64,000 nt of DNA from Yuukianura sp. NJ FZ-2021. Lineage: Eukaryota. Every line of letters begins with the position of its first letter. Position 1 is the stretch's first letter. This document shows positions 1-12,500 of the stretch, piece by piece. The position numbers and the translations under genes are program-made. The stretch covers positions 5,952,001 to 6,016,000 of the forward strand of contig CM102283.1 in NCBI GenBank assembly GCA_046563655.1, given 5' to 3'. Below the pieces are notes generated by a model. The model saw only the letters and a list, made by a program, of their open reading frames with translations. It made no database searches and had not been told where the DNA came from.

Positions 1-3000
1 GGATTTGGTTTTAGTTGAGAATGGAGATGACAAGATGAAGGGCTTTGAGAACCGTGGATTCAAAGATGACTTTCAAGATGAGGCTTGTCAAAATACTAAC
101 AGTGAGTATCCAGATAAGATGCTAATAAAATTTTATGAAAAAAATAGAAACTTTTATGACGAGATTGTAACAGTTGTTGTAAGCCATTAAGTTCCAATCT
201 TAAGTACTCCCATTTGGATACATTGTAGGGCAAGGTCTCAAGGCCACCACAGACAAAACGAGATTCGAAACCACCACTCCACGTAAAGGACCTGATCAAG
301 TGGTAAGAAACTGTTTGAAAAACTTTCCAATTTTCACATTTCTGCATTCCTTCAACTTGTTTTTCGAAAGTAAAAGTTTTAACTGAACAAACAAAATCAG
401 AAAAGGAACTGTGAATTCAAAATTTGAGGTGAACAAACAAATCAAAACGGTTTCTCACCCTCAATTTTTAATTCTTTGAACTTCTGAACTTTGGATTCAA
501 AAAATGGAATAAATTCAATTTGAAAAAATGGAATAAATCCAATTTAAAAAAAATGGGATGAATTTAATTTTGGCATTTGGAGCTTTTCTGAATTTTTATT
601 TGTTTATTTTTCTAGAATGGAGAAAATGGCGAAGGAAGTCGAAAATCTTCTTGGGCTAATTTGGGCTTCCTGTTTAACCATGGAAAAGGCGGAACTGGAT
701 CATCCGAGAGCCCTCAAGGGCTCAACTACTCAGTGAATCTCAAAGGTCACGATTTTACTGGACTTGGATTTACACTGACTGGAGGGGTCAAACCAGGAGT
801 GTTCATTAAAGAAGTCATGCAGCGTGGTCCAGCAGCCGAGACCAATCAGATGAGTCCGGGTGATCGAATCCGCTCGATGGCAGTTTCCTTCGATGACATC
901 GTACTGCCCGATGCAATGGCAATTATGGGACATGCTTCTCCATATTCCATCAAACTTGACTTAACTAGACATGGAGGTCAGGCGGTCAAAAGCACGGGGT
1001 CAGTGACCTCTCCGGAGGTTACAAACAGCAGAGAGCAAGAAATCATAGAAACTCCAGCTGTTGTTTCCGAAGCGTCTCCGGTCGACAGAGCTGCGGCAAT
1101 GCACATTGAAATGGAATCGGTTCAGATGAAGTCTCCGGATATTCTGGACATGCGTCCTTCAGCATTCCCGCGAAATAAGGACAAGAAGCAAATGCAATCT
1201 GCGCAGAAGCTTGACGCTGAACAGCCAACTACTGCCCGTTCTCCGACGCCGAAACTAATTGCATGCGTAGACGTACCGGATTCAGTGTTACATCACATGG
1301 AAGGCCTGACACCAAAAGAAAACACGAAGGTGATCGATGCTGAACCGATGCTTTCTGTGCCAAAAGCGGTTGAGAACGAGCAAAAAATGGCGCCAGAAGT
1401 TGAAAGTCAAATTTCTTCAGAGTTACCCCTGGTGAGGGGAGTGAGCTCGATGTTATTAACTTCTGAACAAAAGCAACCAATGACGACCAAGGAGAGTCCA
1501 ATTCCAATGTCCAGAAGCAAATCCAAGGAAGAAAAGGACAGGCCGAAGTCGATGCAGGATGACCTTGTTTCCGGTACAAGTTCAGATACAACTTCCAAGA
1601 ATTTGGACAAGGATCGGCCAGCATCGGCAGATTCCGCTTCCTCCAAAGCCAAATTTCACATTCGCTTATTTCACAAAAGCAAGCAATACAGTCTAGATCA
1701 TGAGCCTTCACCACCAAAGTCACCAGGAATGCCAGAAGATGAGTTACTTCCCACAGTACGTAAAATGGAAACGGAAGAATTGGAGGCAAATTTGAATTCT
1801 CAACCTCCCACTCCCGCCAAAACTGAAGATCGGCATCACGAAGACAACTTTGTCACAAAAGGACTCAAAAGTATACGAGACTTAACTGGAAAAATATCTC
1901 AGCGACTGTCAATTCATGACTCACATAGCAGCGATTCCGAGTCAGGCGATTCTCCACATGCTAAAGGACGCAAGAAAAAATCATCGGAGAATAAAACAAG
2001 CAAAAATTCGTCTTCCGAATCCAAAAAACATCCAGAATCGGACGTTTCCGCTGATCTAGGAAACGGTAACGCTACTGAAACTGCGTCAAAAAACAAAGTC
2101 AAGGACGACGACAGTTCAGAGGTCGAAGGTGAAGATGAAACTCCGAAAAAGCCTAAAAAGTCTATCAAAAGGAAAGCTCCAATTCCACCAATAGAATATA
2201 ATTCAACAGTTTCCACTACAGTTGAAATCCATCTTCCGGCTGACCAGCCTCCAAAGTCACCGACGTCTGCATTAGCTGGAATTGAAACAAGAAGATCTGC
2301 GTCTTACGGTGAATTGCGATCTACACCAACTCCACCGTTGAACTTAACGGATCGAGCTGTATCACTTGACATGCATCTAACTACACACAATGAAGGTCAA
2401 ATGACATTGGCTGATGTGGTGAACGACCTCAGTTGTTCTTCTGACCGACCTCTGCATATGCCCCACTTGACCTCTGCTTCTAGCCAGACATCATCTTCTT
2501 CTTCTCAGGCTTCGTCGTCTTCGGAAACGCTTACGGAAGGCACAATCTTGAAAATCAACGGTGAACTTAGACCGCAGAACGACAAAGTCGAAAAACTTCC
2601 GGAAAGTGTTGGAATTCATCATTCGCCTCCGAAATCGGCAGAAGTCGGCATTTCTGAGCGTGATCAGGCAGAAGTAGCAATAAGAGAAGAAATTGAACGA
2701 ATTGCAAATGAAACTGTGCGGGAAGTTTTAAAAAAAGCTCAAGAAAATCTAGAAGCAAATCCCGACGGGGATGAAGTACGAAAAGCTGTAAAGCGAAGTA
2801 TTAGTCAAGACAGTAACAAAAAACCGTCACGGATTCCTGTTCCAGCGGGAAAAGCTGGACACAGTCCGCCCGATCCAGACGGACGAGGTCACCGTGAAGA
2901 CAGGAAGACGCGTTTAATGCAAACTGTTGCTGATGCTAATGATATCAAACTGAGTCCACCGAGAATCACTCCACCTAAAACGATTGAACTGTCACCAAAA

Positions 3001-3342
3001 GAACTGGACAAGGTCATGATGTCACATTCGGAGTTTCTAGCCAGGCAAGAAGGAACTGCCCCACCGAAAGACAGTTCATTTGATTCTTGGATCTACGTAG
3101 ACCAGAAACTTCAACTCCCACCTACTGATACACCACCGTTGACCCCGGAAGAAAGCGAGGTCACGCTGAAACAGAGTGGCAACGACTCGGATTTACCCGG
3201 AAACGGAGGCAGCGGAGTCGTTTTTTCTACAACAATGACCATTCCGGTCAACAATTCTGCTGAATCGGATGGAAAACGTTTTGCTAAAATTGAGTCTCCG
3301 CAGATTCAGCTGCCAAATTTGGAACCATCTACCAAAAGTTAA
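1..3342 (+). CDS. PDZ-domain protein (periaxin/AHNAK-type PDZ) with long disordered S/P/K/E-rich tail; 5' end outside window
   Basis: Frame-consistent exons <1-101, 229-302, 616-3342 (GT-AG). PDZ motif GLGFTLTGGVKPGVFIKEVMQRGPAA...PGDRI...SFDDIVLPDAMAIMGHASPYSIKL resembles the periaxin/AHNAK PDZ. AATAAA at 4416-4421. Confidence 0.8.
499..570. repeat. Degenerate ~24-bp tandem repeat x3 in intron
   Basis: aaaaatggaataaattcaattt / aaaaatggaataaatccaattt / aaaaatgggatgaatttaattt. Confidence 0.7.
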
Positions 3343-4832
3343 ACATGTAAATTGACTTTTCTGTATAATTTAAAGATGCATTTTCCTTTTTCTCGTTTTT
3401 TTTTTCAAATTACTTATTTTTTAGAACGGTTCTTCATTCATAGTAATTCAGTTTCAGGAAATAGAATCTGTACTTTTAACAGTTGAATGAATTTTTTCAT
3501 TCAATTTAGAACAAAAGTCGAGAACAAAGTTGAGGAAAATTGATGAAATAGAAAGGAATTTATTTATTTTAAACGTGACCCGCCTCAGGGTGGCCCATTT
3601 TTTGGTTCTGTGTATTTTTAGTATGAATTTGTGTGTAAAGATTTTAGTTTAGCAACAATTGGACGTTTTCCGTCCCTCTTCAAGTACATTCCGTCCGCTC
3701 TGTGAAACTGTAAATCTTATGTTAGAGGCATTTAAAAATTTTATTTTTTGTTGTATTATTTTAAATATTTTGTGAGAGTTAATTTAAAATTTGACTCTGC
3801 CGAGTGAATGTAAATGAAACAGATTTTTTATAGTTTTAATGATAACACATAAGTAATTTGGTATTATTTTCTTGAAAGTATGAAACTTGTGGTTGCGTCT
3901 GTCGTATATGGAACCCATTTTGTGTAAAGTTTGGAATTGAAAGGCACTTAAGTTTCCCGCGTTAATTTGCTGGGCAAAGTGCAATTTGTGTAAATTGTGT
4001 GGAACTAGTACTATTTTAATTGTTATTCAATTAAATGTAACTAGAACGTTAATTTTTACAGGTACGTAATACATGTAATGTTTAGCAAATCTTCGAAAAA
4101 TGGATTCGAAGTGACGCGTCAAAAACAATCACAAAACGGATTTTGGAAGACACTGTTTGAGTTTACCTCTTTGACAGTCTGTGCCATCATGTCGTTTGTA
4201 AAAAGTATGGTATAAGTACGTAGCTTTATATTAATTTAGTTAAGCTGTTATATTTTGAGAGTTATAGTTTTCTATGGTACGAGTTTTAACTGAAGTTATT
4301 TGCATTTAAACTAAAGCTAACCTTAAAAACACTGTATTTAACTAACTTTATCAATAGCTTATTAAATGATTCGGTTCTGGGCTACAATTCTGTACTTTGA
4401 AACGTTTTTGTTTAAAATAAATTCATCTAATTGGACATTTTCTTTAAAAAAAAAACGTTATAATGTGCGATGTGCACATGCGATAGCGATACGCACGCAG
4501 TAGCGAGGTGCGGTTTTTCCGAAGAGGGCATTGACTGGGTGGTTAAGGGGTTGACTTGCGCGCCACGCCACCTCGGGCGGGGATTAGTCTAGTCATCCAC
4601 ATCCACACTAGAAGAAAGCCAAATGAGAAGAAACGGGAGGAACACAGAATTTTCTATTGGCAGTGTCCGTGTGATTACTGATTGTCGGTTTATTTAACAG
4701 TTTCTTGTATTTCATATTCAAGATAATCTAAAACCATTTAAGTTCTAATAAACTAGTTACTGAAAGCAAGCGAGAGACAGATTTTGTTACTATTTCCTCG
4801 GATTACACAGATTCAAATTCAGACTAAACAAG

Positions 4833-7800
4833 ATGGCGGATCGTAAGTCTTTAAATCAATATTTTCCTTTGTAGTGTTCCTTTGGTAATCAAGTTTTAGA
4901 AGTTACGCATTTGATCATGTTCTTCAAGTGGACCGAACGTTACATTGACGTATAATGTTTGAAATTGATTTTTATTGTTCTTTTAGCGTACGGAGCCAGT
5001 TACAACTCTGGAGGAGGAAGTTATGGTGGCTATGCTGCTGGAGGAGCAGAACCTAGCGCTTACGGGTCAAATGGTTAGTAATTTTACGTTTCTGATTGAA
5101 AACTAACTATTGGAAAGAGTAACTGATGACTAATTCGTGATTCATTGTTTTTTTTTTTTAGGAAGTTCAGGTGGAGGGTGGAACCCTGCTGGCGCTGGAG
5201 GTTACGGAGGTGGTGGAGGTCAAAGCTATGGCGATCCTGGTGTTCCTAGTTATGGTGGAAATTATGGAGCTCCTCCTCCGCCTCAAGGCGGTGGTGGTAA
5301 GTTGGAAAACCTTGGCAGTGTTTTTCTAATATAATGTCTATTTTATCTTATCGATGGTATTAAAAATTCAGGGTATGGAGCTGGTGCAGGTTACGGAGGT
5401 AGTTCTATGAATCAAGGCGGTCCACCATCTTCTGGAGGAAGTTACGGTGACTATTCTGGTGGTGGTGGTGGCGCGTCATATGGATCAGGCGGAGGTGGAC
5501 CCCCGTATGGAGGATCCTCATATGGAGGAGGCAATAACTCCTATGGAGGCGGTGGAGGTGGAGGAGGTTATGGTGGTAAGTCAGCAGTTAGCAGTTGTTC
5601 AACGTCAACCTTAAACTTTATTCAACATTTAGAATATCTGTTTTAATATTAGGTGGAGGTTCTGGTGGATACGGTGGTGGTGGCAGAGGTGGATACAAGT
5701 AAGTGAATTCTAAACTTCATTATCATTTATATCGTCAGTATTTATGTGTAATACCTTGCAATTGCCATCTTGCGCCGCGTATTCGAGATTGACCGGTGTT
5801 AAATTCTGGAATGTTGACTAGTTGACGAATGCACAAGCGCAATTTCTGTAGTGATAAACCATAAAGAAAGCGAAGAATCCCTAATCCCTGATAGTTTTCT
5901 CGGATAGAAATATTTTGATCTTCTGGCGTGATTTTGGGAGTTGCAATGATTAGAGAACGAAAACGACATTGTGCAGACAAGAAGTGAGTAAATACTAAAA
6001 GCGTTCAATACAACAATACAAATTATGGGCAGGGTTGCCATTTGCTAAAGCATGAAGAGTCCTTTGAGTGTACTTAAATATTTGAATTATATGGTGAAAA
6101 GTCAAAATGGTTTTAGAACTGGTTCAGTAGACTAGAGGGTTAAGTGAATTCCAGTGTCCTGTCCTGCCGGAAAGTTGTCGCACAATTTCCTTTTCTTTTT
6201 CTATCATGGAAAACGTGGAGTTAGGTGTAGGTAGCCAATTTAAAAAAAATGACAAATGGAACTTGAAGTAACTTGAATTACTTTTTTGAGAGATGTCACA
6301 TTATCGAAAATAATTTATCAGTGAACAATTCTGAAATCGATTCAAACACAAGCGAAACTAGAAGAGTTGGAAAAAAAAATGTTGTGTTACTTCGTATAAA
6401 CACACTCAAAGTTACACTCAAACATTCGTAGTTGTTTGTTGCAATTGTTATGCTCGCAAAAGTGTTCCTTGAAAGCCCAATATTAACTCAAAACATTCAC
6501 TGGTATACGTTCGCTGCGTGGCTATTTAGCCTAACGTTATACGTAGTATGCGTACCATTTGGTATTACTTACTAAATACTTAGACAAAATTGAGCCAAGC
6601 GCGGCCTAGGAATCCTTACATGCGCACGTGAAAAAGTGTTACTGGTAAAACGTGCTTGTGCCTTGCTGGCCCGGGCGATTTTCAACACAGGTATTAGTGG
6701 CGAGTACTTACGGTGGTAAATATTGTGGTAAAAAGTAGTAGTGTGTGGTTTGGAATGAAATTTAATGTTATATTGAGGTCTGAACTAAACATTCCGTTGA
6801 GTTACACTTCCACAGGAATCAAAGATGGTTTGAGTAAACGAAATGATGGGGAGCAGGGTGTAGTCTACAAAGATGATGGTTGAGGTCTCGTGGTGTTTAA
6901 CACCTCTACGAGTCCTCGAGGTCACTTGTGACCTGAATCAACGTTCTTCCAATACTCAAGAGTTATTGTGTCTTTGTAGTTCGGGTCCAAAGCCAGCAGG
7001 GTCGTCATACCCTGCCAAAGGTAACAAAACAAATCTCTGTCAGTCTCTGACAACCATTTACAAATCTTAAGTTTAATTAATTCACACTTCTTTTACTTTG
7101 TTGTTCGTTTAAGTGGCAACCAGCGTATATAATATCGCTAAATTTAGCCTCAGTCTCTATCGTCCAATACTTAGATTTAAATGCCTTCCTAACCAACTTT
7201 TTTTTTTTGCGTACATCAGTTTAAAACTTAAGTTTACGGAAAGCTGTAGCTAAGCTGCATCACAAAAGAAGGTTAACTCCGATATTACATAAGAAAAAAA
7301 AGTATCTCGATGTACGAAAATTGAAGGCGTCATTTGTCTTCGTAACAAAACCTAACTCAGAAATTACGAATATATCTAAAGAAGGTACTTAAATAATTTA
7401 AACTTGCCCGGTTAACTATTAATTGGTTGAAAAAAAAATTAAGGGCAGTTGTCATGCGTTTGGTGGTTCGATGCAAGTACAGTATACGAGACTGATGGTT
7501 AGGTCACATCACGCACTATTGAAAAAAGAGTTTCAAGGGTTTACTACTACATGTGATACATAAACATAATGCATTTTATGTATAATACATGTAAGTCCAT
7601 TAGGTCAATCGTATGATTTGAAATTCTACTGAACTGAAGCATGTTTCAGTGAATTGGTTCAGCATTTTTGTAGCGTTCAACCAGGCACTGAAGTTTTTGA
7701 GTTTTTTTTTGTCGGTAGTATTGTTAAGTTTGTTTTGTAAATCGGGTTATTTCTTTTGTCTAAAGTAACAGCAAATGTTACTTATAGCCCTACGCTCGTT

Positions 7801-9194
7801 ACCTTTACGTTTGTGTCTTACGGTTTTTCATGTGTTAGGACACAAAGAGAAAGAATTTGATAGTTTACTTATTAGATGTACTTAATACGACTGTAAGCTC
7901 CACCCTTCGATTTAAGTTTTGGTTTATTCCGAAACATTATAATCTAACACTGTTGTTTTTGTTATTCTACCAACGAATTTTCAGGAGGCTATGGAGGCGG
8001 TGGGTTTGAAGAGAGAGGTGACACTGTGTTCGTAGCAGGACTCCCGCCGACTGCCACGGAACAGGATATTGCGGAATACTTTGGATCCATTGGTATCATC
8101 AAGGTAATACTTTCACTTTCAAAAGTCTACATTGTATATTGAAAATTTAAATATTAATGTGTATATGCTTTTACAGATTGACAAGCGTACAATGAAACCC
8201 AAGATTTGGATGTACAAGGATAAAATGACTGGAAGACCCAAAGGAGAATGCACTGTCACTTACGACGACCCAGATGCTGCCAAGTCAGCCATTAGCTGGT
8301 TTGATCGTAAGCGATCTTTGACTATTTCCTATAGAATTTGATTTAACACTTCTGAAAATGTACCTTAAACTTATGTCCTTGTATTGTGCAGAGAAAGAAT
8401 TTCAAGAAGCCATCATCAAAGTTTCGATTGCCACTCGTGGCAGTTCATTCACCCCAGGAGGCGGTGGTGGTGACCGTGGAGGTTATGGTGGGGGTGGCAT
8501 GGGCCGAGGAGGTGACAGAGGAGGTCGCGGTGGAGGAGACCGCGGCGGTGGTCGTGGTGGGTTTCGTGGAGATTCCGGACCGAAAGATTGTAAGTGTAGA
8601 TTTGGAAGAACTGATTGGTCCTAAGTTGATTTTGGGATTCATTTCATAAGCAGACGGTGGTGGCGGACGTGAAGGAGATTGGATCTGTGCTGACGAGGGA
8701 TGCAAGAATCAGAATTTTGCGTGGAGAATGGAATGCAATCGATGCCGGAAACCCAAGTCAGGTTAGAGTTGAATACTTTCAAAATATTACACTTTCTTGT
8801 ACTTGCCATTCACTTTTACCGTGTTTGATTTCAAATACAGATGATGGAATGGGCGGAGGAGGAGGTGGAGGCGGCGGAGGTTTCCGAGGAGGAAGAGGCG
8901 GTGGTGGAGGAGGATTTCGAGGTAAATAACTTAAAAACAGATTGTAAAGAAAGAAGTAGAATTTTGAATTTTTGTGTTTATCAATTTATAGGAGATAGAG
9001 GAGGTGGACGCGGAGGAGGCAGAGGCGGAGATCGCGGTGGCGGTTTTCGTGGAGGACGTGGGGGTGACCGTGGCGGTCGCGGTGGAGACCGTGGAGGGTT
9101 CAGAGGTGGCAGAGGGGGAGACCGCGGTGGAGGTCGTGGAGGAGTAGGTCCGATGAGAGATGGAAGAGGACCGGAGAGGCCACGCCCTTATTAG
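4833..9194 (+). CDS. caz: FET-family RNA-binding protein (cabeza / FUS-EWS-TAF15 orthologue), ~454 aa
   Basis: Exons 4833-4842, 4987-5073, 5162-5296, 5372-5575, 5653-5698, 6980-7020, 7985-8103, 8177-8306, 8392-8589, 8651-8761, 8841-8921, 8992-9194. G/S/Y low-complexity N-terminus, FET RRM (TVFVAGL...[39 protein letters not shown]), RGG, RanBP2 zinc finger ([24 protein letters not shown]), RGG, C-terminal PY-NLS (RPRPY). Confidence 0.95.
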
Positions 9195-9510
9195 ACACGC
9201 TGATTTTTGTACAAGTTTTGTCCTGAAGATTTCCAGATTTCCTGAGTTAAGCCGTCATCTTGAGATGTTGTTATTATAAAGCAGTTGTCCGCTTATTAAT
9301 ACTTTATAGGCCAATTGTATCTGTGGACTTTATTTATTTATGTTTATTTGGGAGTCTAGCTATTGTATAAACAGTTGCTCTAAAATTTCTATAAGCTTTC
9401 ATAGAGTTAGGGTTGATTAATTTGGAGTATTTGCAAATAAATTGATTTTTACGTTAACTAATTCAATTAAATTAGGTGTAACTTATGACTTTTCATTTTG
9501 ATTAATCTGG

Positions 9511-12500
9511 TTATTGGTCATTGTTTTCCACGTATGCTTCTGGTAGTTCTTCGCTCGTCTGGGTAGCTACATCATCGAACTCGGTGACTGATAGCCTCTC
9601 TTCATCATTTTCAGATTCAGTTGGAATTCCATGAGCTGGAAAATGCTTGTCAGCAGCAGTTTCGTCTTCAGCGTTAGAAAGTGGTGGTGATGCATAGATT
9701 TCTTCTCTGGAAGCATCTACGACTGCGTCGTTGCCTTTGTTCGTCCTCTCTGGTTGACTTACGAGTTCAAATCCGGCGCCTTGTTTGTCCAGCGAAAAGT
9801 CCTCGCTGGATAATTCAGGATAAGTAATTGGCAGTTCGTCTTCATCGGAACCTTTAACTCGTTCTAGCAGAAGTTCGGAATCCGAGGCATCTGATTGGTC
9901 AGTGAACTCCTCAAGCTGGATTCCGTCGGCGGGAGTTTCAACCTCCGAAACGAATTCAAATTCATTCCTAGATTCTGCTTGTGTTTCGCCTTCACGGACT
10001 TCAGATTCAGTGGGAGTTTCAATTTCGGATGAAATTTCGTATTCGTTGCCAGGATACTGAGACGGGGTTGGTTCTTCTGAAACTGATATGTCGTACTCAT
10101 TTGACCTCGCGGGTTGGATTTGACCTTGACTTTCTGCTGAATGTTTGTCAAATGGTGCATAGGAATCATCACCATTGTCATCAGGATAACCGATTTCTAA
10201 TTCTTTCTCGGACCTAAGTTGAACCGATTCAAGTGGAAGTTCTGAGTTGTTAATTTCTGGTGGATCGTTGGACTCCTCAAGCTGAATTCCGTCGGCGGGA
10301 GTTTCAGTCTCCGAAATGACTACAACCTCCTTGACAGATTCTGGAACATACTCATGCTCGATAGGTTCTGGTTCAATTGGTTCGAATTCGGAAACTCGGA
10401 ATTCGTTTTCAGAGGAAGTTGAACGTTGGTCTTCAGGAATTTCGTATTCAGAAGTAGAATATGGCGGATTTTGTTCTTCTGAAACTACTGAACCCTGTTC
10501 TTCATTGACGTTTACAGATTGGGTTTGACCATGAAATTCTTCCACTTCTTTGTCAAATTCAAAGCCTCCACCGGAAGCATCGGAGTAAAGAATTCCTGAT
10601 TCATCGTCGCTGGATGGTTGAGTTGATTCAATTGGACGTTCGGAATCAGTAATTTCTGCTTCATCATTCAATGGTTCAAGCTGAATTTCATCGATAGGCG
10701 TTTCGAACTCCGAAACGATTTTATCCTCCTTGGCAGATTCTGTTAGCGATTCGTCTGGATTAACTTCAGATGCTACTGGAAATTCTGGAACTGAGGAATC
10801 GCTTGGAATGTAGAACTCTTCGTTATCGTCAGGAACTCCTTGCTCGGTTGGAAGTTCGTACGGTTCAGTACTACTTTGGAGTGGTCCTTCCGTGGATTCA
10901 GTGTCGTCTTCTACTATTACTACTTTCTCTGGTTCAGTTTGACTTTGACCTTCAACTTCTGCTGGGTCTTTGTCATATGAAATTTGATCACTGGAAAAAT
11001 CAGGATAAGAAATTGCTGCTTCAGGATCGCTGGAAGGTAGAAATGGTTGCTCAGATTCGGAAAATTCTGTTGGCTCATTGAACTCTTCGACCTCCGAAAC
11101 ATTGACGAATTCTGGAATTCTTTGGTCATCATCGGTTTCAAATTCCGTTGGAAATTCTGGAACTGAGAAATCGCTTGGACTGTAAGATTCTTCGTCGATG
11201 ACAACTGTATCTTCAGGGACTTCTGCCTCGGAAGGAATTGCTGGGAGGTAAGTTTCTTCTTCTGGAATTATTGCGTCCTCGTCCTCGGAATTTTCAACTC
11301 GGGTAGGACCTTCAAATTCTGCTTCGTCTTTGTCCAACTGAACTTCCCCTCCGGAAGCTTCAGTGTAAGCAGTAGCTGGTTCATCATCATTGGAAGGTAG
11401 AGCAGGTTGGAATGGAAGTTCGGAATCAGAAGTTTCTGCTCGGTCATAGACTTCCTCAAGCTGAATTTCATCGGCGGGAGTTTCAATTTCCGAAACGACT
11501 TCAAACTCCCTGACGGTTTCTGTCATTTTCTCGTCTTCATCAGGATAACCACTTGCTAATTCATCGTCTCCGGAACGTTCAGTTGATTCAAGCAGTAGTT
11601 CGCCATCAGAGTCTGGAATTTGAATAGATGATTTAATTCCTCAAGCTCTGAAATTACTTTAAACTTTTTAACACATTCTGCGGTAAACACTCACCCTCAT
11701 TGGCTTCTGCTTCCATTGGAAATTCTGGAACTGGGAAATCGTCTGGACTCTGGAACTCTTTGTTAGCGACAGTACTCTCGTGCTCTGAAAGAATTTCGAA
11801 TTCAGTACTGCTAGAATGTGGTGGAACGTAGATTGCTTCTTCTGGAACTACAACTTCGTCTTCGTTATTCTCCGATCTTGTTTCGGCTTCAATTTCAAAT
11901 TCGGGTTTTTTGTCAGTCAAAAAGTCCTCCCGGGAACCATCCGGATAGCCAATTGCTGCACCGTCTTCGCCGGAAGATTGAACTGCTTCAAATGGAGGTT
12001 CTGAATCGGATATTTCGGCTGGGTCATTGAACTCCTCGACTTCGGAAACGACTTGAAACTCGTTGGCAGATTCTGGCAGAGTTCCGCCATCATCGGTTTC
12101 ATATTCCGTGGGAAATTCTGGAACTGAGAAATCGTTTGAGTTGTTGAATTCCTCTTTCACGTCAACTGGATCTTCAGGAATTGACGAATCGGAAGGAATT
12201 TCCTGGAAGTAGACTTTTTCTTCTGGAGTAATTCTGTCATCTTCCTTTGAATTTTCAAATTGAGCTTGACTTTCAAATTCTGCTGCGCCTTTGTCAAACT
12301 CAACGTCTCCACTGGGAACGTCAGCATAAACAATTGGAGGTCCATCATCGCTGGCAGCTAGCGTAGGTTCAAGTGCAATATCGGGGTCATAAATTTCTGC
12401 TGGGTCATAGACGTCCTCAAGCTTGGTTGGATCGGCAGGAGTTTCGACTGAATCTGAGATTTCGGTTGGGTCATTGAACTCTTCGACCTCCGAAATGACT

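Noticed and set aside
6872-6936. C/D snoRNA-like ATGATGG...CTGA in the cabeza intron
   Set aside because: C box imperfect and interior is fully self-paired; better explained as a cis hairpin element
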